The notes below the pieces were generated by a model, which saw only the letters and a program-made list of their open reading frames with translations, was not told the origin of the DNA and ran no database searches. A stretch of 64,000 nt of DNA from a bacterium. Lineage in GTDB: Bacteria; UBA8248; JACPRG01; G963555815. The stretch lies in the NCBI GenBank assembly GCA_965218795.1, contig OZ244653.1, forward strand, positions 1,440,001 to 1,504,000, given 5' to 3'. The position numbers were made by a program, and so were the translations under genes. Position 1 is the first letter of the stretch. Each line of letters starts with the position of its first letter. Below are positions 9,792 to 18,693 of the stretch, in pieces.

Positions 9792-10793
9792 TTAAGCCTC
9801 ACTGCGATGCCGATATCGATCAACGACGATAGCGCCGATGATAATGATTCCAATAACGATCAACTGAACGAAGGATGAGACATTGTACAGGTTCAAACCG
9901 TTCTTGATGATAGAAAGAATCAATACCCCCAGAATGATCCCGAAGACCTTTCCCTCCCCCCCTCCAAAGGCGATCCCTCCAATGACAGCAGCCGCAATGG
10001 CGTCCAATTCGCGGCCCGTTCCCATATTGGGGGCGCCGATACCTCCCCGGGACGTCAGAACAGCCCCCGCGGCTCCGGCGAAAAGCCCACTGATCGCATA
10101 GGCGAGCGTAGTAACCGGGCGAATCTTGATTCCCGCAAGCCGGGCCGCCTCTCGATTGCCGCCCAAAGCGTACGTGTTTCGGCCCGTAGGGGTTCGCCTG
10201 AGGAATAGATACAGAACCGTAAACCCGAAAGCGCTGACAAAGAGCGCGAACGGGATCCGTCCCACGTAACCGTTTCCCAGGTATAACATGCTGTCGGGTA
10301 TGTTTCCGTGAAGAGGAATTCCATTGGTGACGTATAGCGCCAAGCCCCGGACGGTCGTCATCATGGCCAAGGTCACAACGAATGCATTCACGCTCCACAC
10401 GGAGATGATGATCCCGTTGGCGAGTCCGACCAGCCCCCCCACCAGGATGGCGGCAATGATTCCGGGAATGACACCCGCCACCCACACGGTTTGGACCATG
10501 CAAACACTGGTCAAAGCGATGACAGAGCCGACCGAGACGTCCACGCCTCCAGCAATGAGAACAACCGCCTGTCCACAGGCCAGCAGGGCCAGGGGCGCTG
10601 CCTGCCTCATGACATTCTGGATGTTGATCAAGGTGGCGAAACGCGGTTCAAGCAACGCAAAAACAATGACGAGAGCGACGAGAAAAATCAAGAGACCCCA
10701 CTGAAGCAGGATTTGCCCGATGCTCTGGGATGCATATCCAGCACGGGCCTCCACCATCCCCGCGGCGCTGGCGGGTGTCGGTTGTTGCGCCAT
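9792..10793 (-). CDS. CUT2 ABC transporter permease (RbsC-like)
   Basis: GGVDVSVGS, FVVTLAM, GRNTYALGGNREAARLAGI, ELDAIAAAVIGG; hydrophobic throughout. Confidence 0.95.
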   Translation of the reverse strand: MAQQPTPASAAGMVEARAGYASQSIGQILLQWGLLIFLVALVIVFALLEPRFATLINIQNVMRQAAPLALLACGQAVVLIAGGVDVSVGSVIALTSVCMVQTVWVAGVIPGIIAAILVGGLVGLANGIIISVWSVNAFVVTLAMMTTVRGLALYVTNGIPLHGNIPDSMLYLGNGYVGRIPFALFVSAFGFTVLYLFLRRTPTGRNTYALGGNREAARLAGIKIRPVTTLAYAISGLFAGAAGAVLTSRGGIGAPNMGTGRELDAIAAAVIGGIAFGGGEGKVFGIILGVLILSIIKNGLNLYNVSSFVQLIVIGIIIIGAIVVDRYRHRSEA

Positions 10794-10915
10794 CTTTAGA
10801 TTCCTTTCATCCCTTCACTTCCTCCCAGGAAGATCAGGAGTTGCCTGCTCGGGACACAAGGCGCAAAAATTCTCAAAGCTCGTTTGTGCGCTTGAGTTAT
10901 TAAGATTGGTAGTAA

Positions 10916-10944
10916 GCTATACTGAGTTTGGACTTTCATGTCAA
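10916..10944 (-). promoter_or_regulatory. sigma70-type promoter of the transport/catabolic operon
   Basis: Minus strand TTGACA-N17-TATAGC, about 120 bp upstream of the permease ATG. Confidence 0.7.
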
Positions 10945-11409
10945 GAGAATGTTGCTTCAGACTCTGTTGCGCCACGGATTCGGCCAGTCCGGAGAGTCTT
11001 TCAAAAGCTCTTGAGCGTATCGCAATCTCTAAGAATCAACGCGCTGGCATCAATAAACTCGAAGGGATCGCATGTTCGCCCATGCCATGAGACTTTCAAC
11101 CCGGTTTCCGGCCTTTTTCGTGACACTGGGGTCAGGACCGCCCGATTTGGAACCCGTTGAATCCCTCAGCGGAAAACCCCGCAGCACCACCCTCAAAGCG
11201 ACGGGCCTCCGACATGCCACCCTCGAGCCCTCGTCCCGATGCCGGGCCTTCTCTCAGGTCCGGTCGAAGCAAAGGCGTCTGGTGACAAATTCCCCGTGAT
11301 GAAGTCCGGTGGGCAACCAGGGTGACCGGGTGGACCAGTCAGGATGGACGGCACGGGTGCAGAAGGCTCACGGCCCTGCTTCACAGGTAAGGGGCAGGGA
11401 GGTGAATCA

Positions 11410-11582
11410 TGAGGACGGGGAGCGGTGGCGGCATTACCATCGGATCCAGCCCCGCAACTCCCTGGGTTATCGGCCTCCTGCTCCGCGGGCCATGAATCTC
11501 ACAGCTTCCAGGCATCCCTGGTTTCCGGTGATGGGGGAGCAGTGACGAACTCGAAAAGTGGTACAACATGAGGGGCAGGTCA
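11410..11582 (+). mobile_element. IS3-family remnant (transposase C-terminus plus right inverted repeat)
   Basis: Frame reads WRHYHRIQPRNSLGYRPPAP (IS3 integrase tail WRxxYNxxRPHSSLGYRPPAP); ends GTGGTACAACATGAGGGGCAGGTCA, an IS3/IS407-style IRR ending in CA. Confidence 0.65.
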
Positions 11583-11649
11583 GCCCGGATGTAGAAGCCG
11601 TGAGAGAGGCGGCTCATCGCCACCTCCCCCCGCTTTCAGGGGTTCCGAT

Positions 11650-13032
11650 TTGACGCAGCCTCCGCTTTCGATGATTTACGTTGCGTCTCACGGAGGGTTT
11701 CACCCGGAGCAGTACCCGTTGGGTGGGGGCGCCGCCGTTTCCCGGCAACTCATCGAGGCGTGGGGGGCGGACCCCGGAATCTCCCTTACGCTGCTTGCCC
11801 CGGGATTGCGGCCGCATGACCTTCCTGAGAACGTCCGGTACGTCCGCCTTCAAGTCCTCGAAGACAACGTCCACCCCGCCCAACTGGACCGAAGGGCTTA
11901 TACCCGCTTCTGCAGACGGTTCGAGGACTCCGCTACGTCATTTCTGGACTCCTTTCGGAAGCGGCCCCTCACCAACTCGTTCGCTGTACTGTGCAACGAC
12001 ATTTGTGAGGGGGTGGACTTCAAGCGGGTGGCCGCCATGGGGTTCCCGGTTACGACCATCTTCCACGTGGACGTCGCAGATTTCTTCTCGCGGATGTATC
12101 TCGGCTCGAATGGCCCTCCGGTGAAGCTGGTGAAGTTCTTCCGGTGGGTTTCAAAGGCCCATCTGTCCGGAAGTTGTCCGGACGTCTTACGGTTGGTCTT
12201 CGAGAAGCAGGCGGATTGTCTCCGACATTCTTCACGGATTGTCGTTCCGTCGGACGGCATGGTGCAGACGATAGCGCAGTGCTACGGGAACGAGATGGTT
12301 GAGAAGACGGCTGTTGTGCCCTGGGGCGGCTGGGAAGAGCCCGTATCAGAGTTAGAAGTCGAACAGGAAATGAAGAAGGCCGTCCGAGAGTTCGATCTGA
12401 ACGGGGAAACCACCGTACTGCTGACAATGAGCCGCATTTCTCCCGAGAAAGGCCTCGATCATCTCCTGAAGGCTCTCCGGCTTTGGGAGAAGAAAGCCAG
12501 CGAAGGAGATCAAACTCAATCGCCGAAACCGAAGGACATCCGGGTCCTCATTTGCGGGAGCGCGGCGTTTATGGGTGGTGAATCCTACGCGGCGAAGATC
12601 CGAAGGATGGCTTCGAGCCTGCAACGAATCCGGGTGGCGTTTCCAGGTCACGTCGGCGGAGCGAGAAAACGGGCCTTTTTTCGGGTTGCGGATCTGTTTG
12701 TCGTCCCGTCCCGACACGAGAGTTACGGCCTGACTCTGGTCGAAGCCCTCCGGCAGGGGGTGCCGGTGGTCTCCAGTGCAACCTGCGGGGCTCGTCACCT
12801 GGTGAACGAAAAATACGGCCGGACCATCTCCCTGGAGGGCAAAACCGGGACGGAGCGCCTCCTGAGGGCCATTCAGGATGTAACGGGAAAATCGGAAGTT
12901 TTGCGGTCGATGAAAAATGAGGCGCTCATTGCCGGCCGTGCCATGGACTTCACAACCGGCGCGGACACTCTCAAAGAAGTCATCGCCGGAACGATTGGGG
13001 AAGATCGAAACAAGCCCGGCAAACAGCGATAA
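11650..13032 (+). CDS. Glycosyltransferase family 4 (GT-B) protein
   Basis: PLGGGAAV N-terminal loop, VVPSDGM, SRISPEKGLDHLL, PSRHESYGLTLVEALRQGVPVV (EX7E); start may be ATG 11671. Confidence 0.9.
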   Translation: MTQPPLSMIYVASHGGFHPEQYPLGGGAAVSRQLIEAWGADPGISLTLLAPGLRPHDLPENVRYVRLQVLEDNVHPAQLDRRAYTRFCRRFEDSATSFLDSFRKRPLTNSFAVLCNDICEGVDFKRVAAMGFPVTTIFHVDVADFFSRMYLGSNGPPVKLVKFFRWVSKAHLSGSCPDVLRLVFEKQADCLRHSSRIVVPSDGMVQTIAQCYGNEMVEKTAVVPWGGWEEPVSELEVEQEMKKAVREFDLNGETTVLLTMSRISPEKGLDHLLKALRLWEKKASEGDQTQSPKPKDIRVLICGSAAFMGGESYAAKIRRMASSLQRIRVAFPGHVGGARKRAFFRVADLFVVPSRHESYGLTLVEALRQGVPVVSSATCGARHLVNEKYGRTISLEGKTGTERLLRAIQDVTGKSEVLRSMKNEALIAGRAMDFTTGADTLKEVIAGTIGEDRNKPGKQR

Positions 13033-13096
13033 ACAAGCGATCTACCGGAGTCGGCCTGCATCGGAAACAGGATGCATTGAATGTTGACCCGGTCGA

Positions 13097-13189
13097 TTAC
13101 TTCTTCTTTTTGTGGCGATTCCTCGACATAAGCTTTTTGTGCTTATGCTTGCGCATTTTCTTTCTGCGCTTCTTGACGACACTGCTCAT
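13097..13189 (-). CDS. AURKAIP1/COX24-domain small basic protein (bS22/mS38-like ribosomal protein), 30 aa
   Basis: Translated by hand: MSSVVKKRRKKMRKHKHKKLMSRNRHKKKK*, matching the family pattern MxSVxKKRRKxMxKxKHxKL; GAGGAG RBS upstream; too short for the ORF track. Confidence 0.88.
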   Translation of the reverse strand: MSSVVKKRRKKMRKHKHKKLMSRNRHKKKK

Positions 13190-13460
13190 CAACGAAACTC
13201 CTCAAGTCGGTCCCGTCCTTCGTAAGCGAATCTCTACCACTCGCTCTGGACCGGATGGAAGGATATGGGGGAAGTCCTCGCCCGGCGGGACAGACTCATT
13301 CCCTATCCGTTGGCGTCTGCAGGAATATAGTCAATGAGGCGCCCAAAAGCAAGAAAGGGAACAGATCGCGACAACCCTGCTGCAAAAACACGGCTTTTCT
13401 TTTCGAATCGACTTCCGTAACATGAATGACGTTCTTCAATCTCTTCGAAAGGAGGAATTC

Positions 13461-13925
13461 ATGGGAGACGTTCTGCACACCATTCGCTCGCGCGTAGAGA
13501 AAGACGCAGGCGTGGTTCGGCGAGCCTACATCGAAGATTTCCCCGAACCCGTCCGATTTGGCATGCATCCCGGAATCAAGGCGATCTACGGGGTCGAGAC
13601 CCCTGAGGATCTGCCGGCGACTCTCGACTACATCGTCACCGCCGTCGCCTCATGAATGACGGGCAACCTTGGAGGCGCGCTGGAGGCGCGCGGAATCCCG
13701 AGTCACCCGGACAAGCTTTCCGCGAAGGTCGAAGGGGACATCGAGCGGATAGACGGAAAGACGTACATCAGTCGAATCCGGGTTCATTACACCGTTAAAA
13801 TTCCTCAGGGCAAGCGAGAAGAGGCGGAACGCGCTTTGGAGGTCCATGAAAGCAAGTGCACCGCTTCCCAAAGCGTGAGGCGGGGCATCGAGATCGAATA
13901 CACCGGAGACATCATCGAGGAGTGA
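13461..13925 (+). CDS. OsmC/Ohr-family protein with in-frame TGA, probable selenocysteine (selenoprotein)
   Basis: ORFs 13422-13655 and 13656-13925 are the same frame separated only by TGA 13653-13655, in LDYIVTAVAS-U-MTGNLGGAL where OsmC has its catalytic Cys; second Cys in KCTASQSV; AGGAGG RBS before ATG 13461. Confidence 0.85.
13656..13705 (+). promoter_or_regulatory. Candidate bacterial SECIS element
   Basis: Upper stem GCGCGC(13675-80)/GCGCGC(13686-91) with a UGGAG loop starting 26 nt after the UGA; lower stem TGACGGG(13657-63)/CCCG-AG-TCA(13697-705). Confidence 0.65.
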
Positions 13926-14142
13926 TTCCTTATCGGGATGCGGCTTCTTGAACGGCCGTCCCGCCGAAACCTTCTCCATGACCTATTCCGACCTGGCGGT
14001 GGTAATCCCCGCCTGGTGTGGCGAGGCGGTCCCGGATAACGATATCCGCGGCCGCCTCCACCAAACACTGGCCGGAGGGGGTATGCCGTCGATCCTTCCG
14101 AAATTGCCGTCTCTCTTTCCCCCGCAACCCGCCCTATATTGC

Positions 14143-14250
14143 CTGGATTCCTGCCTGCGCAGGAATGACGAAACAGAGTCACGCAGGCCCCCCAACCCGA
14201 CATTCCCGCTGGCCTGCCCCCGAATGTCTTAGTCGGGGGCGGGAATTCAC
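14143..14250. repeat. Pair of REP/dRS3-like palindromes, the second with a nested hairpin
   Basis: CTGGATTCCTGCCTGCGCAGGAATGAC and GACATTCCCGC-[TGGCCTGCCCCCGAATGTCTTAGTCGGG]-GGCGGGAATTC; same family as the copies at 27.2-27.6 kb. Confidence 0.8.
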
Positions 14251-14275
14251 ATCAGCGGAAAACTCCACAACATCC

Positions 14276-15238
14276 TCAAAGCGGCGGACCCTTCAACCTG
14301 TCTTTCCCGCCCTCGACGGAAGCGTTCGAGGCCCGTAGAATCTTTTCCGCAATCAATTGGATGAACTTCGGGTGATCCCCGACCGTTTCCGCCCGGCGAA
14401 GCTCAACCCCGACCTCCTGTGCAATCTCCACCGCCTCTACGTCAAGGTCAAAGAGGACCTCCATATGGTCGCAGAGAAAGCCGATCGGCACCAGGGCAAT
14501 GTCTTTGACGCCTTGCTCCGCGGCCCCACGAATCACCGCTTCGACATCCGGCTCCAGCCATGGCTCGCTGGGACTGCCGCTTCGACTCTGATAGCCCGTT
14601 GTCCATTCTTTCACCCCGAGCGATTCCGCGACCGCGGCGGAAGACTCCCGGAATTCCTCCGCATAGCGTGAAAGCCTGGCCATTCCGGTAGGAATCGAAT
14701 GGGCTGTAAATACCAACAACGCCTTCTCCCTCCGGGTCGGATCGAGTGTATCCATCACCTCTCGAACCCGGCCGGCGGCGGCTTCGATAAAAAGCGGATC
14801 ATCGTGCCATCCATCAAGATAACTTACCCGAGGAGCGGCCTCTCTCAAGGGCTGGAGGCCCTCCCGGACGGAGGCCTGGTAGGCCCCCCAACTGGCTTTT
14901 GCCCGGTGGGGGGCCATGATCACCCCCAAGACGTTCCGGATGCCCTGTTCGGACATCTCCTGAAGAACGTCGGCAATGAAGGGATGCCAATTTCGCATGC
15001 CGACATATACAGGGACAGAATGTCCTGACTCCTCCAACTTGACCTTCAATGCCTCCGCCTGCCGGACCGTCAGTTCGTTGAAGGGTGAATAACCCCCGCA
15101 GACTTCATAATGATGTTCCACTTCATCGATTCTGCCAGGGGGCACCTTGCGATTCCTGAGAACCGTCTCCAGAAACGGGCGGACCTCCTCGCGTTGGGTC
15201 GGCCCGCCGAACCCTATCAGAAGAATTCCGTCGTACAC
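14276..15238 (-). CDS. hemH: Ferrochelatase
   Basis: GILLIGFGGP, GGYSPFNE, GMRNWHPFI, FTAHSIP, YQSRSG..PWLEPD, PIGFLCDHMEVLFDLD. Confidence 0.96.
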   Translation of the reverse strand: MYDGILLIGFGGPTQREEVRPFLETVLRNRKVPPGRIDEVEHHYEVCGGYSPFNELTVRQAEALKVKLEESGHSVPVYVGMRNWHPFIADVLQEMSEQGIRNVLGVIMAPHRAKASWGAYQASVREGLQPLREAAPRVSYLDGWHDDPLFIEAAAGRVREVMDTLDPTRREKALLVFTAHSIPTGMARLSRYAEEFRESSAAVAESLGVKEWTTGYQSRSGSPSEPWLEPDVEAVIRGAAEQGVKDIALVPIGFLCDHMEVLFDLDVEAVEIAQEVGVELRRAETVGDHPKFIQLIAEKILRASNASVEGGKDRLKGPPL

Positions 15239-15243
15239 GCTCT

Positions 15244-16365
15244 TTATTCCCGGCTGCTCATCTCATGAACCATGTCGATGAGGGCGATGACGTTGTCCAC
15301 CGGGGTGTCCGGCAGAATACCGTGCCCCAGGTTGAAGATGTGTCCTTCCCTGCCGCTGGCCTGCCGGAGGACGCGTCCGGCGCGCTCCCGAATGAGATCG
15401 TGATCGGCCAGAAGGACGACCGGGTCGAGATTTCCCTGCACCGCCACATCTCCGAGCGTTTCCCATGCGGCGTCCAGCTCCGTCCGAAAATCAACGCCGA
15501 TGACGTCTCCGCCCGCCTCTTTCATTTGGTCCAGGAACATTCCGGTGCCCGTTCCAAAATGGATGACCGGCGCGCCCGGCGTCAATCCGCGAATCAGGTC
15601 CCGGGAGTGAGGCATGACGTACTCGGCGTAATCCGAAGGAGACAGGCACCCCACCCAGCTATCGAAAATCTGAACCGCCTGGGCGCCGGCGGAAATTTGC
15701 CCGTTCAGGTAATCGACCAATCCGCGGACAAGTTTGTCCATGAGGACGCGCCATGCGCCGGGGTCTCGATACATCAATCCCTTCGTGCGCGCATAATTTT
15801 TGGACCCGCTTCCCTCGACGGCATAGGAGGCCAGGGTGAACGGCGCCCCCGCAAACCCGATGAGCGGTACATTCGGGGGCAACTCTGTCCGGCATCGGCG
15901 AACAGCTTCGAAGACAAAGGAGAGCGATTCTCCGGGATTGATCTCAGTCAGGCGGTCCACGTCGGCGGCTTCCCGGACCGGGTTCCGAATCACCGGCCCG
16001 TCTCCCTTCGTGTATTCCAACTGAAGGCCCATAGGTTCCAGAATCGGAAGCAGATCGGAGAACAGGATTGCCGCATCAGCCCCTATCTTCACAGCCGCGT
16101 GGACGGTGACTTCCGATGCCAGCTCGGGGTTCTTGCACAGGTCCAGAAAGGATGTCTTGTCGCGGATCTCCCGGTATTTCTTCATGTACCGGCCGGCCTG
16201 GCGCATGAGCCAGACGGGCGTATAGGGGGTTTTCTCCCGCCGGCAGGCCTTGAGAAAGGGCGAATCATTCAATTCGGGCGCAAGGTGCAAGGGCTCCGAA
16301 CTCAATGCGGACCTCAGACCGATGGAGTTCTCGGAAATGACAGGGTTTTTATCCGGAACAGACAT
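15244..16365 (-). CDS. hemE: Uroporphyrinogen decarboxylase
   Basis: [53 protein letters not shown]; start ATG 16365 (ORF track 16485). Confidence 0.97.
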   Translation of the reverse strand: MSVPDKNPVISENSIGLRSALSSEPLHLAPELNDSPFLKACRREKTPYTPVWLMRQAGRYMKKYREIRDKTSFLDLCKNPELASEVTVHAAVKIGADAAILFSDLLPILEPMGLQLEYTKGDGPVIRNPVREAADVDRLTEINPGESLSFVFEAVRRCRTELPPNVPLIGFAGAPFTLASYAVEGSGSKNYARTKGLMYRDPGAWRVLMDKLVRGLVDYLNGQISAGAQAVQIFDSWVGCLSPSDYAEYVMPHSRDLIRGLTPGAPVIHFGTGTGMFLDQMKEAGGDVIGVDFRTELDAAWETLGDVAVQGNLDPVVLLADHDLIRERAGRVLRQASGREGHIFNLGHGILPDTPVDNVIALIDMVHEMSSRE

Positions 16366-16581
16366 TGCCCGGCGTGACTCCCCATCACCGTAACATGATT
16401 GTGCGAAGACGCGGGCGTCCCAACCCTCCACAACCCCGGCGCGCCGGACGCGCCAACACAGAGCAAGCGGTCGGACTTCACCCATTCGAGCGAAAAATCA
16501 TTCGACCCGAAGAAGTGTCTCTTCCCGAGTCAACGATATAAATAGTGATTTTGCATCAGGTTGCCACCTGGAGATTCGAGG

Positions 16582-18693
16582 ATGCGAGCCTGGCCTGGAA
16601 GGCCCAATCCACTGGGCGCCACATGGGACGGCGTAGGCGTCAACTTCGCGATCTTCTCGAAGAACGGCGAAGGGGTGGAACTGTGCCTGTTCGACGGGGA
16701 ATCCGGCGAGGAAACCGATCGCATCGAAATTTCCGAGCGGGATCAGGACATCTGGCACGCCTATTTGCCGGACGTCCGGTCCGGTCGGCTTTACGGTTAC
16801 CGGGTCCACGGTCCGTTCTCTCCGGACCGGGGTCACCGCTTCAACCCGGCCAAGCTCCTGTTGGATCCCTACGCAAAGGCCCTGGCCGGACCCATACAAT
16901 GGAATGATATCCTCTGCGGGCATACCCCCGGAGGACCGGACGCCGACCTCGTCCCCGACCCTCGGGACAGCGCCGCCCATTTGCCCAAGTGCGTGGTGAT
17001 CGATTCGACCTTCGAATGGGGGGACGACCGGCCGCCGAGAATTCCCTGGGGCCAAACCGTGATCTACGAGTGCCACGTCAGGGGTCTCACTGTCCGGCAT
17101 CCGGGGGTTCCGCGCGAAACCCGGGGGACATTCCTCGGTCTGGCTTCAGAACCTGTCATTGACCATCTTCTTTCGCTGGGCGTGACGGCGGTCGAGCTCC
17201 TGCCCGTCCATCAGCACACCATCAATCAAGCCCTGGCTGAACGAGGCCTGACGAATTACTGGGGGTACAGCACGATCGGGTTCTTCGCGCCGGACATCCG
17301 CTTCGCGACCGGAGGGCCGGGCAGGCAGACGACCGAGTTCAAATCCCTGGTCAAATCCCTTCATCAGGCGGGCCTGGAGGTTATCCTCGACGTGGTCTAC
17401 AACCACACGGGGGAGGAAGGACACCTCGGGCCGACCTTGAGCTTTCGAGGGATTGACAACGCCGCCTACTACCGTCTGCATCCCGATAACCCCCGCTTCC
17501 ATGAAGACTTCACAGGCTGCGGGAACAGCCTGAACACCATGGAGCCCCGGACGATGCAGCTCGTGATGGACAGTCTCCGTTACTGGGTGCAGGAGATGCA
17601 TGTCGACGGATTCCGGTTCGATCTGGCCCCCGCCCTGGCCCGCGGCCGGGACGGCTACGATACCGCCTCTCATTTTTTCTCGATCATCCGCCAGGACCCG
17701 ATCCTTTCCCAGATCAAGCTCATTGCCGAACCGTGGGACCTCGGCCGGGGAGGCTATCAGGCCGGCAATTTTCCAAGCGAATGGAGCGAATGGAACGGGA
17801 AGTACCGCGACACCATCCGGCGGTTTTGGCGAGGGGATGAGGGGCAACTGCCGGACCTGGCCTACCGTCTTTCAGGGAGCAGCGATCTCTACGCCCCGGA
17901 CGACCGGCGGCCCCACGCCTCCGTCAACTTCGTCACTTGCCATGACGGATTTTCGCTGTCCGACCTGGTCAGCTACGAACGGAAGCACAACGAAGCCAAC
18001 GGGGAGGAAAATCGCGACGGGACGGATAACAACTTGAGCCGAAACTGGGGAGCGGAAGGTCCGACCGAATCCATTTCGATCATCGAGACCCGGGCCCGGA
18101 TGATGAGAAACTTCTTTGGAATTCTTGCGTTTTCGCAAGGTGTCCCGATGTTCTCTCATGGGGATGAATTCGCCCGGAGTCAATGCGGCAACAACAACTC
18201 GTACTGCCAGGATAACGATTTATCCTGGGTCAACTGGAAGCTGGACCCGCCCCAAAGAGAACTGGCTGAATTTGTGGGAAAGGTTCTCGAAATACGAAGG
18301 CAAAACCCCATTTTCAGACGTCGGAGCCACTTTCGCGGCGAGTTCTTCAATGGCGGCGGGGTGAAGGATGTCACCTGGGTTCGGCCAGACGGACGTGAAA
18401 TGACCGATTCGGATTGGCGAAATCCCCACATTCGGGTCTTGGGCATGCTCATCCACGGCGGCGCGGCGGACGAAACCGACACGCGCGGCCGGACCCTCAC
18501 GGGTGATACGCTGCTGCTCTTGTTGAACGGAGGGGACCGCTCCAGGCATTTCACGCTGCCGCTTCTTCCCGATCCCGGAATCTGGAGCGAGGAGGTCAAT
18601 ACGGTCCGGGCGGGCCGAAGGGCCTTGAAGGGGAAACGGATCATTCTGCGGGCCCACTCCCTCATCCTGCTCAAATACGGCGGTGCGGCATGA
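16582..18693 (+). CDS. glgX: Glycogen debranching enzyme (isoamylase, GH13)
   Basis: WPGRPNPLGATWDG, NYWGY, DVVYNHT, DGFRFDLA, IAEPWD, NFVTCHDGF. Confidence 0.97.
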   Translation: MRAWPGRPNPLGATWDGVGVNFAIFSKNGEGVELCLFDGESGEETDRIEISERDQDIWHAYLPDVRSGRLYGYRVHGPFSPDRGHRFNPAKLLLDPYAKALAGPIQWNDILCGHTPGGPDADLVPDPRDSAAHLPKCVVIDSTFEWGDDRPPRIPWGQTVIYECHVRGLTVRHPGVPRETRGTFLGLASEPVIDHLLSLGVTAVELLPVHQHTINQALAERGLTNYWGYSTIGFFAPDIRFATGGPGRQTTEFKSLVKSLHQAGLEVILDVVYNHTGEEGHLGPTLSFRGIDNAAYYRLHPDNPRFHEDFTGCGNSLNTMEPRTMQLVMDSLRYWVQEMHVDGFRFDLAPALARGRDGYDTASHFFSIIRQDPILSQIKLIAEPWDLGRGGYQAGNFPSEWSEWNGKYRDTIRRFWRGDEGQLPDLAYRLSGSSDLYAPDDRRPHASVNFVTCHDGFSLSDLVSYERKHNEANGEENRDGTDNNLSRNWGAEGPTESISIIETRARMMRNFFGILAFSQGVPMFSHGDEFARSQCGNNNSYCQDNDLSWVNWKLDPPQRELAEFVGKVLEIRRQNPIFRRRSHFRGEFFNGGGVKDVTWVRPDGREMTDSDWRNPHIRVLGMLIHGGAADETDTRGRTLTGDTLLLLLNGGDRSRHFTLPLLPDPGIWSEEVNTVRAGRRALKGKRIILRAHSLILLKYGGAA

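Noticed and set aside
11252-11275. SRP RNA-like TCAGGTCCGG..GAAGCA
   Set aside because: Lacks the GGAA tetraloop, the AGCAG motif and the flanking long helix
13948-14140. Possible GT2 fragment (DLAVVIPAW)
   Set aside because: Only one short motif, and the ORF runs into REP repeats; not supportable
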